In this document: one piece after another, positions 1-8,715 of the stretch
Layout: the number at the start of each line of letters is the position of its first letter
Position numbering within the stretch: the stretch's first letter is position 1
Assembly (NCBI RefSeq): GCF_900083515.1
Contig: NZ_LT671858.1
Span: 1,620,001-1,652,000 of the forward strand
From: Cuniculiplasma divulgatum
GTDB lineage: Archaea > Thermoplasmatota > Thermoplasmata > Thermoplasmatales > Thermoplasmataceae
Length of the DNA stretch: 32,000 bases
Direction: 5' to 3'
Made by a program: the position numbers and the translations under genes
The notes under the pieces: generated by a model
The model's input: only the letters and a program-made list of their open reading frames with translations
Databases searched by the model: none
Told to the model about the DNA's origin: nothing

Positions 1-192
1 ATCTGATGTGACACCGGCGGATTTTCTTGCATTAAGTAGATTTTGCTTAAATTGAATAACCCTATCTTCTACATTGGAAATTCTATTCAACTTCTCAATG
101 TTGTTTCGAACAAGCAAAGACCTTCTAGCTGCCTCTTCTCTTACTTCCATCACAAGATTACTAACACGTGAATGGATTTCACTTGCTCCCAT
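1..192 (-). CDS. Partial CDS (first 64 codons; continues past window start), hypothetical protein
   Basis: Manual reverse-strand translation starts at the ATG on the complement of 190-192. It reads MGASEIHSRVSNLVMEVREEAARRSLLVRNNIEKLNRISNVEDRVIQFKQNLLNARKSAGVTSD with no stop down to position 1. It is absent from the ORF track, presumably because it is truncated. No family recognised. Confidence 0.35.
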   Translation of the reverse strand, partial: MGASEIHSRVSNLVMEVREEAARRSLLVRNNIEKLNRISNVEDRVIQFKQNLLNARKSAGVTSD

Positions 193-561
193 CAGGGGTC
201 TAATACATGTTGTGTAAATAATTGTTTTTATCAATACCTTATGATCAGTTTTCAGATCTGTTTACATTTTAGTAAATCAAATCTCCTGAAATATTTATTT
301 TCTAAATTCATAAACAGTCACAAATTCCTCTATGAGATATAAAAATGGATTAATATTGCCGATTTCCTTTGATACGAATAGAACATAACTTTTTGGCCTG
401 AATTTAATAAATATTAAGTCGAAAATTGCCGTAAAACCTGGAAAAGTCGTTTGAAGGATCTCAGTTCGATGACCTTACTTTATTATTAATGTTAATATGG
501 CAGAAATGGCTGCAGTATTCTATGATAAATAATATTATTATGTTATTCCAGATACAAACCA

Positions 562-1662
562 ATGTCCTTTAACCTCGGGATTGAAAATCTTGGAAAAAAT
601 AGAATAAATGAGAATGTGGCCTTATTAACTAATGCCAGTGGAGTAACTCAGAATTTAGAGCAAAACGTTGAATTTCTAATAAGAAAAGGGTTCAGAATTA
701 GAAGGATTTTTACAGCGGAACATGGTTTTTATGGAACACTAAACGATGGGGATGATGTTAAAAATGAGACATATAACGGGATAGATGTTGTATCCATTTA
801 TTCTGCAGATAGAAAGTCCATAAAACCGGAAGAGCTGGAAGATGTTGATACAGTGATATATGATTTACAGGATGCTGGCACAAGACCATATACATTTATC
901 TCTTCGCTAAAAAACCTATTAATCACAGCCTCGGAGCTTGGAAAAAAGGTTGTTGTGTGCGATAGACCCAATCCCCTTTCCAACATTGTAGATGGACCTG
1001 TGTTAAAGAAGGAGTTTGTTTCATTTGTTGGAGCGGACGAATTTCCACTAAGATACGGAATGACCATAGGTGAATTAGCTCAATTCATGAATAGAAATAT
1101 TGGTGCAGATCTGAATATTTCAAAGATGACAGATTACGATCCGTCAAGATATTATGACAATTACATGAAATATTACGTCCCACCATCACTGAACCTAAAT
1201 TCTCTAGACTCAATGTTTAACTTTTCAGGAATGGTATTAATGGAGGCAGCTAATGTTAGCGTTGGTAGAGGCACTCCATACCCATTTATGCAGTTTGGAT
1301 TGGAAGATCCAGTAGATCTTAGATCTGATGAGTTCGAAGGTGTCATTCTGAGAAAAACTTCCTTTATATCATTGCTAAATCCGCTTAAAGAAAAGAAACT
1401 AATAGGATATTTCATTCATATAAAGGATAAAAAGAGTTACAGTAGCATAAGGATGGTAGCCACTATCATGAAAAAACTCTATAACATGGATAAAAATCTA
1501 ATTAATTTAAAAAAGCTGAATCTTAATTACGGATCTGATGAGATGTCAAAATGGCTTGAGAAAAATGAGATAGTCACAGATCTTTATGAAAAAATTAATT
1601 CAGAAATCTCCGAATTCATGAAAATCAGGAAAGATTACTCACTTTACAGGTTTCCTAATTAA
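562..1662 (+). CDS. DUF1343 family protein, NamZ (B. subtilis YbbC)-like exo-beta-N-acetylmuramidase family; no signal peptide
   Basis: 366-aa ORF. It has blocks I recognise as DUF1343 hallmarks: LLTNASGV, AEHGFYG, DLQDAGTRPYTFIS, CDRPNPL, GPVLKKEFVSFVG, RYGMTIGELAQFMN. The N-terminus (MSFNLGIENLGKNR) is hydrophilic, so the protein is probably cytoplasmic. Confidence 0.8.
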   Translation: MSFNLGIENLGKNRINENVALLTNASGVTQNLEQNVEFLIRKGFRIRRIFTAEHGFYGTLNDGDDVKNETYNGIDVVSIYSADRKSIKPEELEDVDTVIYDLQDAGTRPYTFISSLKNLLITASELGKKVVVCDRPNPLSNIVDGPVLKKEFVSFVGADEFPLRYGMTIGELAQFMNRNIGADLNISKMTDYDPSRYYDNYMKYYVPPSLNLNSLDSMFNFSGMVLMEAANVSVGRGTPYPFMQFGLEDPVDLRSDEFEGVILRKTSFISLLNPLKEKKLIGYFIHIKDKKSYSSIRMVATIMKKLYNMDKNLINLKKLNLNYGSDEMSKWLEKNEIVTDLYEKINSEISEFMKIRKDYSLYRFPN

Positions 1663-1711
1663 TGAACCATAATCTTTATTTTACATTCTTACATAGTTTT
1701 TTGTTTTGATC

Positions 1712-2674
1712 TCAATCAACCATAGATTCCATCAGTTCAATATAAGGTTCTGATTCGCTTATTCTTACCTTCAGGTTAAGAGGTATTAGCATCTGTTCAT
1801 TTCCATGCCCAAAAGGTGCCATGGCTAGAGATGGTTTTGAATATTTTACCATGTATTCCCTTATTACATCTTCTATTGATGGTTTTCCTTCTCCTGAGGT
1901 TGACCTATTCTTAAATTCCCCAAATACAAATCCTGCAAGTTGATTAATCGTGCCATTGAGTATCATTATGTCCAGATATCTTTCTATGTCTACTGATCTT
2001 TCATTTGTATCCTCACAGAATAACACTTTATCAGTAAACTCCGGCATATAGGGTGTTCCAGTTAGAGATGAAAAGACTGACATGTTGGTTCCCATGGACC
2101 TTCCCTGGGCACTTCCTCCAACCACATACTTTACCAGTCTTTTTATATATGGCTTTAGGTCTGACAGTTCTCCTCTAAATATCTTAAACATTGTTTCCAG
2201 TTTTTCCCCTCGAAATTCTTCAGTGTCTGTGTCTGGCATAGGACCGTGAAATGTGACTAACCCAGAAATCTTATTTATGGCCATATGAAGATTTGTAATA
2301 TCACTGTACCCCATGAATATCTTTGGATTATCTCTTATTACATCAAAATCTAGAAATGGTAAAATCTGCCTTGCTCCATGGCCACCTCTTGCACAGAATA
2401 TTGCCTTTACCTTATGGTCCCTAAAAGCATCCATCAATTCTTTAGCACGCAACTCTGGATTTGCTGAATGATAAGTTTCCTGATTGAGCTTTTTCACGTT
2501 GATACCATATGTTACCTTATACCCAATTCTGGTTATTTCCTCAACTGATTGGTTTAAGGATATAATTTCAGGGTAACTTGACGGGGCTATTATTCTTATT
2601 TCATCCCCTATGTTCAGTCTAGCAGGCTTTATTACCTCTTTCCGTTCTCTGTAATTTTCAGAACTTCCTGTCAT
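1712..2674 (-). CDS. LD-carboxypeptidase (peptidase S66; LdcA/MccF family)
   Basis: 320-aa ORF. IRIIAPSS N-terminal strand, FMGYSDITNLH (nucleophile-Ser box G-x-S-D-x-T), FCEDTNE (acidic box) and APFGHGNEQMLIPLN (catalytic-His box). Convergent with the DUF1343 gene across a 49-nt gap. Confidence 0.85.
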   Translation of the reverse strand: MTGSSENYRERKEVIKPARLNIGDEIRIIAPSSYPEIISLNQSVEEITRIGYKVTYGINVKKLNQETYHSANPELRAKELMDAFRDHKVKAIFCARGGHGARQILPFLDFDVIRDNPKIFMGYSDITNLHMAINKISGLVTFHGPMPDTDTEEFRGEKLETMFKIFRGELSDLKPYIKRLVKYVVGGSAQGRSMGTNMSVFSSLTGTPYMPEFTDKVLFCEDTNERSVDIERYLDIMILNGTINQLAGFVFGEFKNRSTSGEGKPSIEDVIREYMVKYSKPSLAMAPFGHGNEQMLIPLNLKVRISESEPYIELMESMVD

Positions 2675-2913
2675 TTCATTCAGTTTGTAATATGGACTCC
2701 ATATAATAAATTTTTAAGTATCAAATATAAATTTTAGACTAATAGCTTGTGGAAATGGTTGGGATAATTTCAGAAACAGACACAGGTATCCAAGGAATCT
2801 TAACCAATAAAATTAATGTGAAAATTGAAAATAAATATTTGGGTAAATGTTGAAATATAAAAGAAAAGATTTGTGATGCCAGAGATCTTTATCTGACATA
2901 TTCATTTTAAAAA

Positions 2914-5900
2914 TTAGTTTTTAGGTATTTTCGGTTTTCTTATGAGATAAACACCTGCAACCGCAACAATAACTATCACAACTGCTATTATGGCAATTAT
3001 CTCATAGAGGTAGTTGCTGCTTGATGGTTTTACAACTTTTTCAGTTACGGTGTAATTGACGAAGGAGTATGCAGGTACGACAGAGCTATTTGATGTGCTT
3101 GCCTTGGCAACAATGCTTTCATTTGCCGTGACATAAGACCCGCTTCCTGAACTTGCATCCCCTACCGTAAATGTGAATACCGCAACACCAGCGCTATTTG
3201 TTGTCAGGTTATATCCACTGATTCCAACATTTACACCGGAAAGACTATATGATGTGATGTTAACATATGCTCCAGGTACCGCGGTTCCATTTTCGGTCAC
3301 TGTGAATGTTATTTTACCTGTTTGACCTGACGTGTAACTGGTACTTCCCAAGTTATATGACATAACCAGAGATGGATTTATTACGAATACATTGTTGTAT
3401 GCGTATCCCGCGCCTGTTTGGTTCTGGTTTCCCACAGATGCGACTGCAGTTATGTTAATCTCCTGATAATAAAGAGACATGGGATTTCCAGATGAACCAT
3501 ATGTTGTCATTAAGTTTGAAAGTGTCTTAGGAATTGTGAATGTGAAATTTGCACTGTTTCCAGTAGATGTGTTAAAAGTGAATGCACTGCTTGTAACACT
3601 TCCGGGTATTCCCGACATTACCACGGTTATGTTTGCATCTTTTACCTTTGTTCCAGTGCTATTAGTTACAGTGTACATGTATTTACCGCTGCTTCCTGCA
3701 GATAGATGGGTTTTGCCTGAATAAGTAGATGTAACTCTTAGATTATTCTTTTCGTTTGTGTTTATCAACTCTATGTTAAGATATGTTGATGTTGTAATTG
3801 TATGAATATCCTTAGTGGGTGGATTTACTGTTGCAGAAATGTTAACCTCTTCATCTGGCAGGTTTATTATGTTTCCGCTGCTTGATGTTGTTTGCAACAA
3901 AAGGTTGAGATTTTTGAATACTTCATACTTCCAAGTTGCTTGACCAGCTGAGTTTGTAGTAAGCTGGTTGGATGTTGTGTTGATCAACCCTTTTGCTATG
4001 GATGATACAGATACTCCAACTGTGGCACCCTGAACCGGTAAACCAGTTGTCTTATTAAGAACTGTGTATGTTATACTTCCACTATCTCCCTGCTTTTCTA
4101 CGAGAGCTCCTGTTAATTTCTCTTGTACCTGCATGTTATACTTATAGCTTACGGAAGTTGTTGTCTTGGCCTTGTTTACCTCCATAAGTGTGAAATAAAG
4201 GCTGAATAGAGAATTCGAGTTCTCTGTGGTAAAGTTAGAGAACTGGTTTGTTTGGAATGCATCTATCGTTGTTGTATATCCAAGGTTGATTAGAGTTGCT
4301 TCTTCTATGATTAATGTCTGAATCTCCTTTGAAATATGAATTGCCTGCTGATATGAGTCCGACTGCAACAATTCATTTGATAGGTTGGTTAGAAGAGTGG
4401 TCACCTGTTGACCGGAAAGATGTTTCCCATTAAAGTTCAACGATGTATATGGTCCTAGAGTACAACCTACACTGAAATAAGCTGGGGCATCATTTATGAA
4501 TAATGCGCATAGGTCTGCTGGATCTCCAGATTCTGTTCCCTGTCCATATTCTGCCATCTGATAGAAATTTCCTTTACCAGTGATGGTTTCGTATATGTTG
4601 TTAAACATTGTTGTGTAGGCTTCTTCTTTTATCACCGTCGTTATACCAAGGGCTGCGAATGAGGTTGACATTTCATTTGCAATTTCAGCAGCGCAAGGTG
4701 TCTCACTTCCTGGAGCTATCTGTATTTGAATTGTTACCTTCTTACCGTTATATGTCAGCGTTCCAGAATTGTTAGCCATTCCAGGTATGGCACTAATCAT
4801 TGATTTGGCTTTCTGCATATTATAAGTATACTGCGGGCTTGATGAATTGTACCAGAGCACATTGCATGGAGGTACGGTATTTGAAGATGGTGTTAAGAGT
4901 CCATCATATACTGTTCCATCTATTGTTTGGTATGGAGTTGCATAGCTCAATGCCTGTCTGAAGGTAGTAATGTTAAGAGGCGTTTCGTTTTCATTTATTC
5001 TAACTGCACAGAAAACCTGAGATGGCTTAATATAAATATATGCTCCTGGAGTTCCCTTAACCAGTGACAGGAAAGATGGTGTTACTGGTAGAAGATCCAG
5101 TTGTCCTTTGGTGAAGGCTGCTACCATTGAAGACTGAGAAGAATAGTATGGTTGATAGAATTCATATATCTTTGGAGAGTACTGTCTTAGGCCACTGCTC
5201 GCGTTGGCGTACTGTGCAAAGAAATGTGGATTTACATAAAACTTATCATATTGGTTTGGTACAATGCCACCTTGAGGCATACCGTATCCATTAACGACCA
5301 TAAATGGTCCGTCTCCGACCAATCCTGGAGCAGAACCAGTTGCGGTGTTCCATCCTAGATCCCAGCCATAATATCCATTTCCAGAAGACATTCCTGGAGT
5401 GTAATTGAATAATCCTTTAACACTCGTAAAGTCGTGATGTACCCAGATATTATATGGAAGAATATATGATTGCAGGGAGCTTGATTGAATTAACAGTGTT
5501 GGTTTTGGTACAAATACCTTTACTGAAAGATTTCCATTAGGAATTACATTAACTACTCCTGGCCATCCACCAAGGGCAGCCTCAAGCCTCCAGCTCAGAA
5601 CTACATCCCCAGACTGCAGATAATATTTCTTCATTACAGTCGGTGCATAGCTCGTGTATGTGTGCGTGAATGATACTCCTGTTGAATTTCTATAATCTAC
5701 CTTGTTCGAAAATGTATATGTTTGCGAAGCATTTGCCTTTGACCAGTCTGTCCACTGTGCATATGGTCTCAGATATATTGTGTACACATATGAGTAATTC
5801 GTCATTTTGCCAGTTTCAATGTCAAAGGTTTTATTGTTTGACGTAACGTGTGTCAATGTGTAGTTTGTGGCAAGCCATGGTTCTATTTGCCCATCAGGCA

Positions 5901-6195
5901 TTGTTTTGTAAAGACTCCCGTATACCAATTTGGCAATGAATAAATCGCCAAAAGTAATTCCGGTAAATGTATTCAGATCACCTATGGTACAGTCGAGACC
6001 ACAAGTAAATGTTCCATTAGTGTAACCGGGCTCTTCCATTGTAGTTGTTGGCATTTGCCATGCTGTTGATGATGAACCATCAGGCTGTACATTCAAATAA
6101 CTACTCTGACTAATACCAGTATTTGTAGATGATGTATTAATTGGTAAATTAGTTCCAAAGACGAAAAACGCGGAACCTACCATTAATAATACCAT
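2914..6195 (-). CDS. Extracellular solute-binding protein family 5 (Opp/Dpp-type peptide-binding) fused to Ig-like repeat region, C-terminal transmembrane anchor
   Basis: 1093-aa ORF. Short hydrophobic N-terminus (MVLLMVGSAFFVFG). The N-terminal roughly 650 aa have the look of archaeal SBP_bac_5 proteins, which is a weaker, gestalt call. The C-terminal third consists of Thr/Ser/Asn-rich beta-repeat modules, with LTTNSAGQATWKY and LTTNSAGVAVFTF recurring. It ends with a Ser-rich linker, the hydrophobic helix IIAIIAVVIVIVAVAGVYLI and the basic tail RKPKIPKN. I counted about 31 N-x-S/T sequons by hand. Confidence 0.7.
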   Translation of the reverse strand: MVLLMVGSAFFVFGTNLPINTSSTNTGISQSSYLNVQPDGSSSTAWQMPTTTMEEPGYTNGTFTCGLDCTIGDLNTFTGITFGDLFIAKLVYGSLYKTMPDGQIEPWLATNYTLTHVTSNNKTFDIETGKMTNYSYVYTIYLRPYAQWTDWSKANASQTYTFSNKVDYRNSTGVSFTHTYTSYAPTVMKKYYLQSGDVVLSWRLEAALGGWPGVVNVIPNGNLSVKVFVPKPTLLIQSSSLQSYILPYNIWVHHDFTSVKGLFNYTPGMSSGNGYYGWDLGWNTATGSAPGLVGDGPFMVVNGYGMPQGGIVPNQYDKFYVNPHFFAQYANASSGLRQYSPKIYEFYQPYYSSQSSMVAAFTKGQLDLLPVTPSFLSLVKGTPGAYIYIKPSQVFCAVRINENETPLNITTFRQALSYATPYQTIDGTVYDGLLTPSSNTVPPCNVLWYNSSSPQYTYNMQKAKSMISAIPGMANNSGTLTYNGKKVTIQIQIAPGSETPCAAEIANEMSTSFAALGITTVIKEEAYTTMFNNIYETITGKGNFYQMAEYGQGTESGDPADLCALFINDAPAYFSVGCTLGPYTSLNFNGKHLSGQQVTTLLTNLSNELLQSDSYQQAIHISKEIQTLIIEEATLINLGYTTTIDAFQTNQFSNFTTENSNSLFSLYFTLMEVNKAKTTTSVSYKYNMQVQEKLTGALVEKQGDSGSITYTVLNKTTGLPVQGATVGVSVSSIAKGLINTTSNQLTTNSAGQATWKYEVFKNLNLLLQTTSSSGNIINLPDEEVNISATVNPPTKDIHTITTSTYLNIELINTNEKNNLRVTSTYSGKTHLSAGSSGKYMYTVTNSTGTKVKDANITVVMSGIPGSVTSSAFTFNTSTGNSANFTFTIPKTLSNLMTTYGSSGNPMSLYYQEINITAVASVGNQNQTGAGYAYNNVFVINPSLVMSYNLGSTSYTSGQTGKITFTVTENGTAVPGAYVNITSYSLSGVNVGISGYNLTTNSAGVAVFTFTVGDASSGSGSYVTANESIVAKASTSNSSVVPAYSFVNYTVTEKVVKPSSSNYLYEIIAIIAVVIVIVAVAGVYLIRKPKIPKN

Positions 6196-6462
6196 AAATA
6201 CTGATAAAACAATTTTTTATTTATCATTAGTGTCGAATCTGATCTCTTATTAATAAACATTTCTATAATTTTTTTTCCGATATAAAAGTTTTAATAATAA
6301 AAAGTAATCCCCTACCGTGTTTTTGACAATAACACATATTTTCTGATTGTCATTATCAAATTATTTAAATGTTCTTAAACTAAAAATTTAATTGATCTGA
6401 TTTATTTCTTGTATCACTTATTGAGGTTCAAAAATTTAATTATCAGATTCCCATTTCTCACC

Positions 6463-7557
6463 ATGAAAATACATAGAGAAAGTGTGACTTCTTTTTGCTT
6501 TCTGGATTCAGAGGGTAAGATTGTATTATCAAAAAACGAAAATTTACCAGTAATTCCTGCTTCAAATATGAAATTGGTCACCTCCCTTTGTGCACTGGAG
6601 TCCCTAGGAACGGATTATATATTTACCACAAGTTTTTCTTCAGATAAAGATGATTTACACATTGATGGTGACCCATCTTTCTTTTTAAATATAGGTGAAT
6701 GCAGGAGAATCATTAAAGAATTAAAAATTGAAAAGGTAAACAACATTTATCTTGAAAAACCAAGAATCGATAGAGAGTTTTACAATGGTGATTGGGTTTA
6801 TGGTGATTCCAAGTACAGTTATCAGCCAAGAATATCTAATTTTTTTATTGGTGAGAATTGCAAAATTAAAAGTGGTTTCAAATTTGACAATAATGATTTC
6901 AACTATATTCATCAGAACGAGCAATTATTTCAACCAGTTAAAAACCCAGATAAACATTTAGTAGAAGCTTTTTCAGAGGAAAAAAATCTGAGGACAATAA
7001 GGAAAAGTTTGTCTTCTAATAATAATTTTGAAAAAGTTATTTCCCACAGTGCGAATATAAGAGATGTTCTAAGACATATTCTCTTCGAAAGCTGTAATTT
7101 TTATGCTGAAGTTATATTCAAGTATCTTTCAAGTAGCGAAAAATCGCTGGGCACATGGGAAAATTCTTCTAAATTTGTAATGGATTATATTTCCAGGATA
7201 AATGGATCTGAAAATGTAAGGATTAAAGATGGATCTGGACTGAGTAGAGAGAATTTCGTAACCACAGGATTTCTTTCTAACATGCTTTTATATGCTAAGA
7301 AAAATTTTGGAAACACCTTTATAGAACTAATGCCAACAATAGGTCAGGGAACACTGAGGAAACGCCTTATTTCTCTTGAAAAAAATGGAATTTATGCAAA
7401 AACTGGAACACTATCTGGAGTCTCTGCTCTTAGCGGATATATAAGTTCAATGGATACTTTTTTCTCTATAATTATTAATAATAGTCTTGATGAAGGATCA
7501 GTTAGGCAGATGGAAATAGACAGGATTCTATCGGAATTTATTGACAAATATAAATAG
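6463..7557 (+). CDS. D-alanyl-D-alanine carboxypeptidase/endopeptidase homolog (PBP4 type, peptidase S13), short form without signal peptide
   Basis: Active-site boxes PASNMKL (SxxK), DGSGLSRENF and AKTGTLSG (KTG). The ORF track starts at a TTG (6409). The first ATG is at 6463 (MKIHRESV...), which I prefer. Neither start gives a signal peptide. At about 364-382 aa it is shorter than the roughly 480 aa I recall for bacterial DacB. Confidence 0.75.
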   Translation: MKIHRESVTSFCFLDSEGKIVLSKNENLPVIPASNMKLVTSLCALESLGTDYIFTTSFSSDKDDLHIDGDPSFFLNIGECRRIIKELKIEKVNNIYLEKPRIDREFYNGDWVYGDSKYSYQPRISNFFIGENCKIKSGFKFDNNDFNYIHQNEQLFQPVKNPDKHLVEAFSEEKNLRTIRKSLSSNNNFEKVISHSANIRDVLRHILFESCNFYAEVIFKYLSSSEKSLGTWENSSKFVMDYISRINGSENVRIKDGSGLSRENFVTTGFLSNMLLYAKKNFGNTFIELMPTIGQGTLRKRLISLEKNGIYAKTGTLSGVSALSGYISSMDTFFSIIINNSLDEGSVRQMEIDRILSEFIDKYK

Positions 7558-7607
7558 AGAAACTATTTTTCAAATTGTTTGATTTACCACATATAGGCTG
7601 AATGATT

Positions 7608-8486
7608 TTACAGTAATAATGACATTATCTGAAATTTTCTTGTAATTCTGAAACCAAACCTTCCATATAGATGTGAAGCCTTTTCTGTAGTCCATAAAAA
7701 GTATGCATGTCTAATTCCATTTGATTTCATGTTTATTAGTGTAGCCGTCAGAAGCTTGCCTCCTATTCCCATTGAACGGTAATCCTCCAGAACCTCAAAA
7801 CATCCGAACCTCTCGCCTGGAGATGATTCAAATGGCCCTTCTCCACTTGCATACATGGAATAACCAACAATTTTATTATTTACTATAGCAATGGTGATCT
7901 GATCTAAACTTCCGTGCTTTATTACCCCATCGACTCTAAGGTAGCAATCATAGGGAAAGTTACTTCTTACCATTTTTAGGAGTTCTTCTGTTTCTTCAAT
8001 TTTTAGATTTCTGATTTCTGCTTTGCCTCCTTCTTTTTGAATATATTGGTGTTCCCCTATCTCTGCTTCCATTGCTAAAGCCTCTGATTCTGCAGTGAAA
8101 CCTACTTCGACAAGCGAATCGTATAGATCTGAATATTTCTCTCTATCAATGCCAGGAAAGAAATACCCCGGTGAAAAATTGGAATAAAATATACGCTGTA
8201 CTCCAACCTTTTTGGCCTGTTCTATCTGTTTTTTTAGAAGTTTTATAAGATCATCTTTCTTTGTATACCCGGCAGCAAAGATCCATGCTTTCTTTTCTGT
8301 ATCTTCATCTATACCATTTCTTGCACACAAGAGTGAGAATGCCCCCTCGTTTACCTGCTCACCTATTGGAACCACGTACTCATTTCTAAAATATTTCCTT
8401 TCCAGTTGAAATTGAGATGTTGGATCGAATTTATAAAACTCATTCCAGATTTCCAGAATTTTTTCCCTTTCTGTGATCTTGATCAT
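7608..8486 (-). CDS. GNAT family N-acyltransferase (C-terminal GNAT domain, N-terminal uncharacterised half)
   Basis: 292-aa ORF. Acyl-CoA binding motif A, YRSMGIGGKLLTATL, followed by HAYFLWTTEKASHLYGRFGF. Confidence 0.7.
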   Translation of the reverse strand: MIKITEREKILEIWNEFYKFDPTSQFQLERKYFRNEYVVPIGEQVNEGAFSLLCARNGIDEDTEKKAWIFAAGYTKKDDLIKLLKKQIEQAKKVGVQRIFYSNFSPGYFFPGIDREKYSDLYDSLVEVGFTAESEALAMEAEIGEHQYIQKEGGKAEIRNLKIEETEELLKMVRSNFPYDCYLRVDGVIKHGSLDQITIAIVNNKIVGYSMYASGEGPFESSPGERFGCFEVLEDYRSMGIGGKLLTATLINMKSNGIRHAYFLWTTEKASHLYGRFGFRITRKFQIMSLLL

Positions 8487-8686
8487 ATGTTTTGGTATTC
8501 GAAAGTGATTTAACTAGATTTTCCAAGCTTTAAGATCCTTTTTTTATAACTAATATTTTCGGACAGATTGCATTTGGTATATTACCATTCAAAGAAGAGA
8601 ATATTTTTAATTTGACTTATTTTAAAATTAGAGCTTAGACTCTTAACTTATTATGATATAAAAGCATTAAAGATGGGATTTGAATA

Positions 8687-8694
8687 TTTATAAA
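8687..8694 (+). promoter_or_regulatory. Archaeal TATA box (TTTATAAA) for the downstream Ntn amidotransferase gene; implies a leaderless or near-leaderless mRNA
   Basis: TTTATAAA ends 22 nt upstream of the ATG at 8716. That is the distance expected between a TATA box and the transcription start. No Shine-Dalgarno-like purine run lies in between. Confidence 0.5.
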
Positions 8695-8715
8695 GACCAT
8701 CAAGATATAGCTTGA

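Noticed and set aside
798-1415. ORFs 798-1067(-) and 1173-1415(-) from the ORF track
   Set aside because: They are entirely antisense to the well-supported DUF1343 gene. Their low-complexity Ser/Thr/Pro-rich translations are typical of shadow frames.
3479-3724. 81-aa ORF on the + strand inside the SBP gene
   Set aside because: It is an antisense shadow ORF within a 1093-aa gene, and no motif was recognised.
6324-6352. Inverted repeat TGACAAT-N15-ATTGTCA in the divergent spacer between the SBP and PBP4-like genes, considered as an operator
   Set aside because: The arms are only 7 bp. I found no second copy in the other island promoters, so it is not distinguishable from chance.
6721-6961. 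ORFs 6721-6924(-) and 6752-6961(+) inside the PBP4-like gene
   Set aside because: They overlap the strongly motif-supported frame and are AT-rich shadow frames.
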